Assembly (NCBI GenBank): GCA_023390175.1
Contig: JAEWDK010000008.1
Coordinates: 263,827-327,826, forward strand
Length of the DNA: 64,000 nt
Direction of reading: 5' to 3'
Source: Bacillota bacterium
Lineage (GTDB): Bacteria > Bacillota > Clostridia > Oscillospirales > Acutalibacteraceae
Below the pieces are notes generated by a model. The model had not been told where the DNA came from. It saw nothing but the letters and a program-made list of their open reading frames with translations, and ran no database searches. This document shows, piece by piece, positions 36,662 to 45,953 of this stretch. Both the position numbers and the translations under genes were made by a program. The number at the start of each line of letters is the position of its first letter. Position 1 is the stretch's first letter.

Positions 36662-37126
36662 TTACTTTGTCAGCCCGTCAACAGCCTTTTGGGCTGCCGC
36701 ATTATCATTTGACACACATAAAACAACATATTTCCCCGCCGTCACCAAAAGCGGATTTTTCAGCTTTGCCATTTCTTTGGGCTGATAATCCTGAAACGCC
36801 GCTTTCTGGTCTTCAATCCTTTTTTGAGCCGCCTCCTTGACTTTTGCCGCGGCATCTTCGTCCTTTGCTTCAAAAACCGCGACTTCCTCCGCTGTTGCGC
36901 CGGTGCTTTCGTATGCCTTTAATTTTTCCACGGTGCTTTGCTCCAGCCCGTACAGCTTCAGCACGGTTTTGTCCGCAACGGCGGACATCTGGTCGGTAAA
37001 CTGAACGGAGCTTGCCAGCTTATCCGCGGCGGCGGCCGCGTCCACCTTCAGTCCGGCGTCTTTTTTGGCGCACCCGGCGGCAAGCACAAGCACGGCCGCC
37101 AGAATCAAAGCGATCAATTTCTTCAT
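36662..37126 (-). CDS. DUF4358-type lipoprotein
   Basis: Lipobox LAAGC. Motifs LKLYGL...AYESTGATAEEVAVFEAKD...VVLCVS are typical of DUF4358. Confidence 0.6.
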   Translation of the reverse strand: MKKLIALILAAVLVLAAGCAKKDAGLKVDAAAAADKLASSVQFTDQMSAVADKTVLKLYGLEQSTVEKLKAYESTGATAEEVAVFEAKDEDAAAKVKEAAQKRIEDQKAAFQDYQPKEMAKLKNPLLVTAGKYVVLCVSNDNAAAQKAVDGLTK

Positions 37127-37151
37127 TTCATATTACTCCCTGTCAAACATT

Positions 37152-37991
37152 CTACTTTGCGCGTGTACGAAGGTACTCACACCACTTTTTACAGTATTCC
37201 TGATTTAAATGCACTCCGTCCACCGAAGCCTTCTCCGGCAGATTCCCTTTGCTGTCGGAAACGGCGGAGGCTACGTCGAGGTAGGCTACGCCTTTTTTTA
37301 CGGTCATTTCCCGAATCATCTGATTGTGCGAAACAATATTGGCATTGCTGTAAATTTTATCCGACTGTGCCTTTTTTGCAGAAACCGGTAAAATCGACTG
37401 CACGTAAATTTTCGCGTTTGGCTGATCTTTTTTTATTTCGTCAATTACTTTTCCGTAATCCTGAATAAACGTGGCCGAGCTGCTCCAGCCCAACTCGTTG
37501 ATTCCGAGCATAATGTATATCTTGCCGAATTTTTGTCCGGAAATCGCCTGCATTACCGTCAGCTTTTTGCCGCCGACCTCCACAGCCGGTTTTGTAAAAA
37601 TCGTATTGACCATCAAACCCTTCACTGCGTAATAAGCCGCGTTGTCCAGCCCGTCGTAAATTTCCAGTCCCTCGGTGCGGCTGTCGCCGATGAACACGGC
37701 GTCGTCAAAATACCCCGCCGGTTTTGAGGAAGCGGCATTCGACTCCACCCGGGGTGCCGCCGCTGCGGCGGAAGAAGGAACCGGCGGGGACTGCCCTGCG
37801 CTTTCGGGAAGGGCGGCTGTCGGCTTCGGCTGCTGCGGCTCCAAACTTTTTGCTTCCCGCTGAACCGCCTGCACCATTGCGACCGCGCCCGCCGCAATCA
37901 GGTAAACCGCTGTGGCCAAACAAACGCAGACGATTGCTCTGCGAATAAATAATCTAAGTTTGTGTTTTTTAAAATATATATTAAATCGCAT
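37152..37991 (-). CDS. membrane-anchored SGNH/GDSL-family hydrolase
   Basis: N-terminal TM, a Pro/Ala linker, then block I FIGDSRTEG and a later DGVH-containing block. Confidence 0.65.
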   Translation of the reverse strand: MRFNIYFKKHKLRLFIRRAIVCVCLATAVYLIAAGAVAMVQAVQREAKSLEPQQPKPTAALPESAGQSPPVPSSAAAAAPRVESNAASSKPAGYFDDAVFIGDSRTEGLEIYDGLDNAAYYAVKGLMVNTIFTKPAVEVGGKKLTVMQAISGQKFGKIYIMLGINELGWSSSATFIQDYGKVIDEIKKDQPNAKIYVQSILPVSAKKAQSDKIYSNANIVSHNQMIREMTVKKGVAYLDVASAVSDSKGNLPEKASVDGVHLNQEYCKKWCEYLRTRAK

Positions 37992-38192
37992 GAAAAGTGC
38001 ACCCCATCATTGTTTCCCAATTATATGACACGGATTCCCGGTTAAAACCGGGCAAATACCCGTGTGAATCAAAAGTCGGTTACCCGGGCGAAAGCCGGTC
38101 CTTTCGAACCGTAATCGCCGCTGATAAACGCTTCTTGTGTACCGTTTATTTTACTGCTGGACTTTTTATATTATACCTCTTAATGCAGACTT

Positions 38193-38233
38193 TCAAAAGC
38201 AAAAAATACGGGTATGACAAAATTGTCATACCC
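38193..38233 (-). terminator. strong rho-independent terminator after the anti-sigma gene
   Basis: GGGTATGACAA tt TTGTCATACCC followed by GTATTTTTTGCTTTTG on the minus strand. Confidence 0.8.
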
Positions 38234-38340
38234 TTGTAACCGTTGTAATAATTTCCCGCAAAATTGTGATGTTCCTGTCATTGCTGACTGTGAACTGCGA
38301 GCCAACAATCCGTTCGCGCCGCAGTCTGCACCGGGAATTT

Positions 38341-39189
38341 TTATTTTACAATTTCGAATTCCTGAATTCCCATATAACCGGCTGCAATTGCGTATTTCGG
38401 GAAAACAATAACAACGTTTCCCGCTGCATTCAAATAAAATTTTTGCTTGCTGTCTATGCCAGAAAAGCCTTCGCTGCCTTCAAAGAAGGTCAGAGTCGGG
38501 TCCTTCGCCACGCGCTCCTTGATTTGCTTGCGCACGCTTTCATCCACAAGCTTTTTATAATCCTTGCCGAGCAGGTCCGTAAGCGTCAGCTCCCTGCCGC
38601 TTTGCAGATCAATATTGTAAAAGGTCTGGTCGGTAAAGGCGTTCGCCTGGGTCTGCGTTGTGTTCAGCACGAAGGACAACACCTTTTCATTGCTGCATTT
38701 GATTTCATAGTTTACGTCAACGATTGCCGGAATAAAGTCCTTTGGGTTGCCGCCTGTTTCCACATATGCCTTTTTGTCCGCCGCCGTGCGTTCCTCAGCC
38801 TCTGCAATGGCGTTCTTGACCTTTTCGTTGATTTCCTTATTGATTCGCGCTTCCAGCGCGGCGTGGCCGGTATTGGACACGACCGGCTGCTCAACATCGA
38901 TTTTTCTTGTCGTATCTTCAATTTTATACTGCGTGAATGTAAAAACCCTGGCCACATCGCCTATCACGGGAATGGAATTCACGGTTTGGGCAAACGCCCG
39001 GTTGCAGTTCAAAAGTGTTACAAACAGAATACACACCGAAGCCGCGGTGCAAAAAATCGCTTTGCTGCGAAATTTCTTCTGCCGAACCGCCCTGCCTATG
39101 CTGATATTCACTCTGTCATCAAGCGTTGAGGGAACGGGAACCGAACTATAAATTCTCTTTGCGCCCTCTAATTCCTTCAATTGAATCAC
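38341..39189 (-). CDS. anti-sigma factor with DUF4163/DUF3298 extracellular domain (RsiV-like)
   Basis: Short cytoplasmic N-terminus and one TM. The extracellular domain matches the PdaC/RsiV-type fold by pattern. Overlaps the sigma gene by 4 nt. Confidence 0.75.
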   Translation of the reverse strand: MIQLKELEGAKRIYSSVPVPSTLDDRVNISIGRAVRQKKFRSKAIFCTAASVCILFVTLLNCNRAFAQTVNSIPVIGDVARVFTFTQYKIEDTTRKIDVEQPVVSNTGHAALEARINKEINEKVKNAIAEAEERTAADKKAYVETGGNPKDFIPAIVDVNYEIKCSNEKVLSFVLNTTQTQANAFTDQTFYNIDLQSGRELTLTDLLGKDYKKLVDESVRKQIKERVAKDPTLTFFEGSEGFSGIDSKQKFYLNAAGNVVIVFPKYAIAAGYMGIQEFEIVK

Positions 39190-39713
39190 TCCTCCCCAAT
39201 CGATACTTTCAGCAGCTCAAGTCCCTTGTAAAGCCGGGACTTGACGGTGCTCAGATTTGTTTTGGTTATGACGGCGATCTCCTCGAGCTTCATATCTTCA
39301 AAAAAGCGCAGAATAATGACCGTTCTGATTTTGACCTCCAGCGCCTGAATTGCATTGTACATATCCATTGACTGCGCCAAATCTTCCCCGTAACCGGGCT
39401 CCCCGTCCTCAATGCTTTCCACAAGCACCAGCCGTTTGCTGCGCCGCAGGTGCATCAGGCTTTCATTGACCAAAATACGGTAGAACCATGTTTTTAAGTA
39501 GGCGGTGTCATTGAGCGACCCGATTTTATCGATTGCTTTTACAATGGATTCCTGCACTACATCAAGCGCCGCGTCGGAATTTTTGGTATAACTGAACGCA
39601 AGTCTGTAAAAATCCTGCTGGTTCAGTTTTACATATTCCTTCAAAGATTCCCGTTTATCCTGCACCGCAATATGCCCCCATCCATTTTTTCCAAGCCGTA
39701 AATCACCTTCCAT
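39186..39713 (-). CDS. ECF sigma-70 family RNA polymerase sigma factor (SigV-like)
   Basis: Region 2 (FYRLAFSYTKNSDAALDVVQESIVKA, WFYRILVNE) and region 4 (EIAVITKTNLSTVKSRLYKG). The true start may be an internal GTG. Confidence 0.85.
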   Translation of the reverse strand: MEGDLRLGKNGWGHIAVQDKRESLKEYVKLNQQDFYRLAFSYTKNSDAALDVVQESIVKAIDKIGSLNDTAYLKTWFYRILVNESLMHLRRSKRLVLVESIEDGEPGYGEDLAQSMDMYNAIQALEVKIRTVIILRFFEDMKLEEIAVITKTNLSTVKSRLYKGLELLKVSIGEE

Positions 39714-39941
39714 TTCGTAGCGCTGTTGTTTTAGCGCTTCACTCCCTTTCCCTGCTTCTATGTAGCCAGATCATTCCTCCGCCTTTCCCGTCCCGTTGTG
39801 CGCTCTTCCGGGGGGATCTGCCTGCGTGGCAGTGAAGCTTTAAAATCACATCTTGGTTACATATGTTAGATGCGGCAGCCTTCAAAAAAGTTTATTCCGC
39901 TGAAAAAATTTATTTAAAGCGTCCTGTAAATGATTTCCGCC

Positions 39942-39979
39942 CAAAGGCAAAAGCGGGATGTGGCAATGCCACATCCCGC
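39942..39979 (-). terminator. rho-independent terminator after the GGGtGRT operon
   Basis: GCGGGATGTGGCA t TGCCACATCCCGC followed by TTTTGCCTTTGG on the minus strand. Preceded by a second 9-bp hairpin at 39987-40022. Confidence 0.8.
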
Positions 39980-40040
39980 TCGCTGGAATCGACCGGTAAA
40001 ACAGAAGGTTTCACGGTCGATTTTTATAAAACCGATAGAA

Positions 40041-41048
40041 TTATTTTTTTGCTTCGTAAACCGCAACCGCGCATGCGACAGTAGCGCCAACCATCGGGTT
40101 GTTGCCCATGCCGATCAAACCCATCATCTCAACGTGCGCAGGAACAGAAGAGGAACCCGCGAACTGAGCGTCGCCGTGTACTCGGCCAAGGGAGTCGGTC
40201 AAGCCGTAGGAAGCAGGGCCCGCGCCCATGTTGTCCGGATGCAGGGTGCGGCCTGTGCCGCCGCCGCTTGCAACGGAGAAGTACTTCTTGCCGTTTTCCT
40301 GTGACCATTTCTTGTAAGTTCCCGCAACCAGGTGCTGGAAGCGAACCGGGTTGGTGGAGTTACCGGTAATGGAAACGTCAACGCCTTCGTGCTGCATGAT
40401 TGCAACGCCTTCACGCACGTCGTTTGCGCCGTAGCATTTTACCGCCGCGCGCTCGCCGTCGGAAAACGCTCTTTCTTCAATTACGTTCAGCTCATCATTA
40501 AAGAAATCAAAGTCGGTCTTCACATAGGTGAACCCGTTGATTCTGGAAATGATATAAGCCGCATCCTTGCCAAGACCGTTCAGGATAATCCGGAGCGGCT
40601 CCTTGCGGGCGCGGTTTGCGGTACGGGCAATGCCGATTGCGCCTTCCGCGGCGGCAAAGGATTCGTGGCCCGCCAGGAACGCGAAGCACTTGGTTTCGTC
40701 ACGCAGAAGCATGGCGCCAAGATTTCCGTGGCCAAGGCCGACTTTTCTCTGTTCGGCGACGGAACCCGGGATGCAGAAAGCCTCAAGGCCAAGGCCGATT
40801 TTTTCAGCGGCTTCGGCAGCGGACTTAACGCCCGTTTTCAGTCCGATTGCGCAGCCGAGGGTATAGGCCCAGGTCGCGTTTTCAAATGCGATGGGCTGTA
40901 CGCCCTTTACAATTTTATCAACATCAATTCCCTTTGAAGAACAAAGGTCGCGTGCGTCTTCGAGGCTGGCAAGGCCATACTCGGCAAGACACTTCTCTAT
41001 TTTGGCGATTCTTCTCTCTTTGCCTTCAAACTTAACATCGTTAGCCAT
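40041..41048 (-). CDS. GGGtGRT-family protein (conserved, function unknown)
   Basis: Contains the eponymous motif SGGGTGRTLHPDN. 335 aa. Confidence 0.8.
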   Translation of the reverse strand: MANDVKFEGKERRIAKIEKCLAEYGLASLEDARDLCSSKGIDVDKIVKGVQPIAFENATWAYTLGCAIGLKTGVKSAAEAAEKIGLGLEAFCIPGSVAEQRKVGLGHGNLGAMLLRDETKCFAFLAGHESFAAAEGAIGIARTANRARKEPLRIILNGLGKDAAYIISRINGFTYVKTDFDFFNDELNVIEERAFSDGERAAVKCYGANDVREGVAIMQHEGVDVSITGNSTNPVRFQHLVAGTYKKWSQENGKKYFSVASGGGTGRTLHPDNMGAGPASYGLTDSLGRVHGDAQFAGSSSVPAHVEMMGLIGMGNNPMVGATVACAVAVYEAKK

Positions 41049-41078
41049 ATAGTTTAGTCCTCCTTTTTCTGGTCTTAA

Positions 41079-41771
41079 TTATTCTTCACGCGGGTCGATA
41101 TACTTCGGCGCGTTGTCGAAACGGCCGTATTGGCCGATGTTCTTCTTGTAGGCTTCGTCCGGGCTCATGCCGTGGCGGATATCCTCCAGCATTTTGCCAA
41201 GCTTTACAAACTGGTAGCCGATGACTTCGTTGTTTTCATCAAGAGCCGTCTTTAAAACGTAGCCCTCTGCCATTTCCATGTAACGCACGCCCTTCAGGCC
41301 GGTGCTGTACATTGTGCCAACCTGGGAACGAAGGCCCTTGCCCAAATCCTCCAGTCCTGCGCCGATTGGCAGGCCGCCCTCGGAGAAGGCTGTCTGGCTG
41401 CGGCCGTAAGCGAGCTGCTTGAAAATTTCTCTCATTGCAACGTTAATCGCGTCGCAGACCAAGTCGGTATTCAGGCACTCAAGCAATGTTTTGCCCGGCA
41501 GAATCTCGGCAGCCATTGCTGCGGAGTGGGTCATGCCGGAGCAGCCGATGGTTTCAACAAGAGCTTCCTGAACAATGCCCTCTTTTACGTTAAGGGTCAG
41601 CTTGCAGGCGCCCTGCTGCGGAGCGCACCAGCCAATGCCGTGGCTCAGGCCGGAAATGTCTTTAATTTCATAGGACTTTACCCACTTACCCTCTTCCGGG
41701 ATGGGTGCCGGGCCGTGTTTTGGGCCCTTGGTAACTGTACACATTCTTTCCACTTCTGGGGAATAATTCAT
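41079..41771 (-). CDS. NifU/IscU-N-like Cys-containing protein, the usual partner of GGGtGRT genes
   Basis: Cys contexts GWCAPQQGAC and GCSGMTHSAA. Start moved to ATG 41771 (AAAGGAG RBS). Confidence 0.55.
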   Translation of the reverse strand: MNYSPEVERMCTVTKGPKHGPAPIPEEGKWVKSYEIKDISGLSHGIGWCAPQQGACKLTLNVKEGIVQEALVETIGCSGMTHSAAMAAEILPGKTLLECLNTDLVCDAINVAMREIFKQLAYGRSQTAFSEGGLPIGAGLEDLGKGLRSQVGTMYSTGLKGVRYMEMAEGYVLKTALDENNEVIGYQFVKLGKMLEDIRHGMSPDEAYKKNIGQYGRFDNAPKYIDPREE

Positions 41772-41843
41772 ATCGGTACTCCTTTCGGTTTCAGTATCCT
41801 TTGGGAATCGCTGATTCCCTTGGTTTAACCAACATACTGATTT

Positions 41844-41872
41844 ATTATAGAGCATTTTTTCACGTTTAGCAA
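41844..41872 (-). promoter_or_regulatory. sigma-A-type promoter for the NifU-like/GGGtGRT operon
   Basis: Minus strand reads TTGCTA - 17 nt - TATAAT. Confidence 0.55.
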
Positions 41873-42060
41873 GAGGATGAAAGTTGATAAATAAAAATTT
41901 AACAATACGGTCATTTCCGCCCGCCCCGTACTGCCGCGGGCACGGTTTCCAGTAATTGGAATGTTGTTTTTACAGAATTTTTAGGCTGTTTTATTGTGCT
42001 GCAAACGGGAACATGGTATTCTATTTAAGGATTTTTAAGATCACTTGAGGAGGTTTTCAC

Positions 42061-42360
42061 ATGGAGGAAAACAACATTCAGAACCAGCCCGGCCAAACCC
42101 CGAACTACCGGAGCCCAATGACATACGAAGACGCCACCCCGCTTTCCATAGGCAATTATATCGTGATGATGATCGTGGGCTCAATTCCGGTTGTGGGACT
42201 GATTATGATGCTGGTTTGGGCATTCAGCCGAAACACCAACAAAAACAGGCAGAACTATGCCCGCGCGCTGCTGATTATGATGCTGATTGCCCTTGTGCTC
42301 GGCATTATTTTCGGCGGAAGTATTCTTGCGGCGGTTTCCTCACTCGGCGGCTCGTATTAA
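42061..42360 (+). CDS. small membrane protein (2 TM), hypothetical
   Basis: GAGGAGG RBS, 99 aa, hydrophobic core, followed by a strong terminator. Confidence 0.6.
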   Translation: MEENNIQNQPGQTPNYRSPMTYEDATPLSIGNYIVMMIVGSIPVVGLIMMLVWAFSRNTNKNRQNYARALLIMMLIALVLGIIFGGSILAAVSSLGGSY

Positions 42361-42390
42361 CAGCAAAAGTCCCGGATTTTCCCTTGCTCT

Positions 42391-42417
42391 GCGGCGGACA
42401 ATGTCCGCCGCTTTTTT
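42391..42417 (+). terminator. rho-independent terminator
   Basis: GCGGCGGACA a TGTCCGCCGC followed by TTTTTT. Confidence 0.85.
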
Positions 42418-42489
42418 CTGTTCTGCACATTTTTACAGGCGGGATTACGGGAATGTTCATGAATTATTCTTTCTTTTTAGATTCCCCTA

Positions 42490-42498
42490 TGTTATAAT
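42490..42498 (+). promoter_or_regulatory. extended -10 element upstream of secA
   Basis: TGTTATAAT 51 nt before the secA ATG. The -35 region is weak. Confidence 0.4.
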
Positions 42499-42549
42499 TA
42501 TTTTTGATTGTAAACTATTATTTTTAACGATATTTTGAGGTGACTTATT

Positions 42550-45294
42550 ATGAGTAATATCCTGGCCGCGTTTTTTGGGAATTACAGCAAGCGGGAACTG
42601 AAACGGGTTCAGCCGCTGTGCGATGCCGTGCTTTCGCTGGAGGACAAATACAAAAAAATGTCCGACGAAGAGCTGAAAGCGCAAACTCCGGCACTGAAGG
42701 AACGCCTGGCAAACGGGGAAAGCCTTGACGACATTCTGCCCGACGCGTTCGCGGTGTGCCGTGAAGCCTCCGACCGGGTGCTCGGCATGCGCCATTTTCC
42801 CATGCAGATTATCGGCGGTATCGTGCTCCATCAGGGCCGTATCAGTGAAATGAAAACCGGCGAAGGAAAAACGCTTGTCGCAACGCTTCCCGCGTATTTA
42901 AACGCGCTGTCTGGAAAGGGCGTTCATGTTGTTACCGTGAATGATTACCTTGCGCGCCGCGACTCCGAATGGATGGGCAAGGTTTACCGCTACCTCGGTT
43001 TAAGCGTCGGCCTGATTGTTCATGATTTGGAAAACGACGAGCGCAAAAGCGCTTACAACGCAGACATCACCTACGGCACGAACAACGAGCTTGGGTTTGA
43101 CTACCTGCGCGACAACATGGTCATTTATAAGGAAGATAAGGTTCAGCGTGGCCACAACTATGCCATTGTGGATGAGGTGGACTCCATCCTCATCGACGAA
43201 GCGCGCACCCCGCTGATTATTTCCGGTCAGGGCGACAAGTCCACCGAGCTTTACAGCGTGGCCGACCATTTTTCCAAAACGCTGCACATGGTCAAGGTTG
43301 CGGAGCTGAATGATAAAGAGGATAACGACGAGCTTTACAAGGACGCCGACTATGTTGTGGACGAAAAGGCAAAAACCGCCACACTCACCCAGTCCGGTGT
43401 AAAGAAGGCCGAGGCATACTTTAAGCTTGACAATCTTACCGATGCGGATAACATCACGATTCAGCATCACATCAATCAGGCCATCAAGGCGCACGGCGTA
43501 ATGCAGAAGGATATTGACTATGTTGTAAAAGACGGCGAAGTCATTATCGTTGACGAATTCACCGGCCGCCTGATGTACGGCCGCCGCTACAACGAAGGGC
43601 TGCACCAGGCAATCGAGGCGAAGGAGGGCGTGAAGGTTGCCCACGAAAGCAAAACGCTTGCCACAATTACCTTCCAGAACTTCTTCCGCTTATACGACAA
43701 ATTATCCGGTATGACCGGTACGGCTATGACCGAAGAAGAAGAATTCCGTGAAATTTACAAGCTGGACGTTATTGAAATTCCAACCAACAAGCCGATGATC
43801 CGCCAGGATTTAGCGGATGTTGTTTATAAAACCGAAAAGGCAAAATTCAACGCTGTAATCGATGATATTATTGAGCACCATGAAAAGGGCCAGCCGGTTT
43901 TGGTCGGCACCATTTCCATTGAAAAATCAGAAGTGCTCAGCGGCCTGCTGCACCGCCGCGGCGTGAAGCACGAGGTTCTGAACGCCAAGTATCACGAAAA
44001 GGAAGCGGAAATCATCGCACAGGCCGGCCACAAGGGCGCGGTCACAATTGCGACAAACATGGCCGGCCGCGGTACCGACATCGTGCTGGGCGGCAACAGC
44101 GAATATATGGCGAAGTCTGAAATGCGCCGCCTGCAGTTTTCCGAAGAGCTCATCAGCGAAGCCACTGCCTATTCCGATACGACGGATGAAGAAATTCTGA
44201 ATTCCCGCAAAACCTTTGCGGAGCTCAGTGAAAAATACAAGCAGCAGATTAAAAAGGAAGCCGAGGAAGTGAAGGCCGCCGGCGGGCTTTATATTATCGG
44301 CACGGAGCGCCACGAATCCCGCCGTATTGACAATCAGCTGCGCGGCCGTTCCGGCCGTCAGGGCGACCCCGGTATGAGCCGTTTCTACATTTCACTGGAA
44401 GACGATTTAATGCGCCTGTTCGGCGGCGAACGCATCAACAACCTGATGGAACGCCTGAACGTGGACGAGAACACCCCGATTGAGAACAAGATGCTTTCCA
44501 ACACAATTGAAGGCGCGCAGCGCAAGATTGAAGGCCGCAACTTCGGCATTCGTAAAAATGTGCTTCAGTTTGACGACGTTATGAGCCGCCAGCGCGAAAT
44601 CATTTACGGCCAGCGCGACCAGGTACTGAACGGCGAAAATATTAAAGATCAGATTATAAAGATGATCGAACAGGCCATCGAGGCACAGGTCAAACAGTAT
44701 ATGCCGGAAGCCGCGCTGCACGACGACTGGAACTTCAAGGGTCTGCGCGACCACTACATGGGCTGGCTGCTTGCTCCGCAGGATTTGGTTTTCACCAATG
44801 ACGAGCTGGAAAAGCTGGAGCCCGATTATGTAAAGGATCAGCTGATCGAGAAGGCGAACGATCTTTACGGAAAGCGCGAGGCCGCCTTTGGCGAAGAAAT
44901 CACCCGTGAACTGGAACGCGTTGTCCTGCTGAAAAATGTTGACTCCGAGTGGATGGATCATATTGACGCCATGGAAGAGCTGCAGAAGGGCATCCGCCTT
45001 CGTGCGTACGGCCAGCATGACCCGGTTGTCGAGTACCGTTTGGAAGGGTTCGACATGTTTGACGCGATGATTGCGACCATCCGCGAAAACACCGCGCGCA
45101 TGATGCTGACCGTTCAGCTTCGTACCGCCGAGGAGCCGAAGCGCGAGCAGGTCGCAACGCCGACTGCCACCAGCGCCGACGACGGAAGCGACACGAAGCG
45201 CCCCGTCCGCAAGGACAAAAAGCCCGGCCGCAATGACCCCTGCCCATGCGGCAGCGGTAAAAAATACAAAAAATGCTGCGGCAAAGATGAATAA
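42550..45294 (+). CDS. secA: preprotein translocase ATPase SecA
   Basis: Full-length SecA ([41 protein letters not shown]) with C-terminal zinc finger [14 protein letters not shown]. Confidence 0.97.
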   Translation: MSNILAAFFGNYSKRELKRVQPLCDAVLSLEDKYKKMSDEELKAQTPALKERLANGESLDDILPDAFAVCREASDRVLGMRHFPMQIIGGIVLHQGRISEMKTGEGKTLVATLPAYLNALSGKGVHVVTVNDYLARRDSEWMGKVYRYLGLSVGLIVHDLENDERKSAYNADITYGTNNELGFDYLRDNMVIYKEDKVQRGHNYAIVDEVDSILIDEARTPLIISGQGDKSTELYSVADHFSKTLHMVKVAELNDKEDNDELYKDADYVVDEKAKTATLTQSGVKKAEAYFKLDNLTDADNITIQHHINQAIKAHGVMQKDIDYVVKDGEVIIVDEFTGRLMYGRRYNEGLHQAIEAKEGVKVAHESKTLATITFQNFFRLYDKLSGMTGTAMTEEEEFREIYKLDVIEIPTNKPMIRQDLADVVYKTEKAKFNAVIDDIIEHHEKGQPVLVGTISIEKSEVLSGLLHRRGVKHEVLNAKYHEKEAEIIAQAGHKGAVTIATNMAGRGTDIVLGGNSEYMAKSEMRRLQFSEELISEATAYSDTTDEEILNSRKTFAELSEKYKQQIKKEAEEVKAAGGLYIIGTERHESRRIDNQLRGRSGRQGDPGMSRFYISLEDDLMRLFGGERINNLMERLNVDENTPIENKMLSNTIEGAQRKIEGRNFGIRKNVLQFDDVMSRQREIIYGQRDQVLNGENIKDQIIKMIEQAIEAQVKQYMPEAALHDDWNFKGLRDHYMGWLLAPQDLVFTNDELEKLEPDYVKDQLIEKANDLYGKREAAFGEEITRELERVVLLKNVDSEWMDHIDAMEELQKGIRLRAYGQHDPVVEYRLEGFDMFDAMIATIRENTARMMLTVQLRTAEEPKREQVATPTATSADDGSDTKRPVRKDKKPGRNDPCPCGSGKKYKKCCGKDE

Positions 45295-45306
45295 ATAATA
45301 CAGCAA

Positions 45307-45341
45307 GAGGGTGCCGGAACTTCCGGCACCCTCTTTTTATT
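45307..45341. terminator. terminator between secA and the convergent holin-like gene
   Basis: GAGGGTGCCGGAA / TTCCGGCACCCTC followed by TTTTTATTTT on the plus strand. Confidence 0.8.
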
Positions 45342-45629
45342 TTATACGGTTTTCCCCTGTGCCGCACCGATTGCCTTGATCAAATCAAAAACATAATTGC
45401 TGCCGCGGCTGATTAACACCCCTGTCAGGACGCTGCCAAGGTACGGAACGGCGGTCTGCATCCCCGCCAGCGCAAGTACATCCACGCGGTAAGCCGCCGC
45501 CACCAGTACCCCGATTACAATGGAAATCAGCATTTGCCACTGGAATTTCCCGTTTACAAAAAACTCCTTGATATACGTGATGATTCCTTCGACGATAATC
45601 GCTAAAAAGACGATGCCAAAATAATTCAT
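45342..45629 (-). CDS. putative phage-type holin (about 3 TM)
   Basis: 95 aa, hydrophobic with a charged C-terminus. It is the last gene of the lysin/XhlA-like/holin cassette. Confidence 0.45.
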   Translation of the reverse strand: MNYFGIVFLAIIVEGIITYIKEFFVNGKFQWQMLISIVIGVLVAAAYRVDVLALAGMQTAVPYLGSVLTGVLISRGSNYVFDLIKAIGAAQGKTV

Positions 45630-45633
45630 TGTA

Positions 45634-45942
45634 TCAGCCTCCTAAAATAATTCTCATCACCGCGGCGGCAATTGCGCCGACAATCCCCGCAAGCAAATAG
45701 TTTACAAGCTGGTTCCAGCGCGCGCCCGACACATTTTCCAGCTCCACAATCCGCTTGTCATGGTTGGTCAGCTTTTCATCATGATTTTTCAGAATTTCGC
45801 CCATTTTAATATTGAGTTCTTCCAGCTTTTGGCTGCGGTCCGCTTCCTCCTCCTGCTTCTTTTCCAGCTTTTCAATATCCTGCCGGCTTCTGTCAAAACG
45901 TTCGTCCATGCGCTTTTGGCGCTCTTCTTCCACTTCCCCCAT
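45634..45942 (-). CDS. xhlA: XhlA-like lysis-associated protein (coiled coil plus C-terminal TM)
   Basis: 102 aa. Charged coiled-coil N-terminus (EKLEKKQEEE...HDEKLTNHDKRIVELE) and C-terminal TM LLAGIVGAIAAAVMRIIL. Confidence 0.5.
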   Translation of the reverse strand: MGEVEEERQKRMDERFDRSRQDIEKLEKKQEEEADRSQKLEELNIKMGEILKNHDEKLTNHDKRIVELENVSGARWNQLVNYLLAGIVGAIAAAVMRIILGG

Positions 45943-45953
45943 TTTATCCCTCC

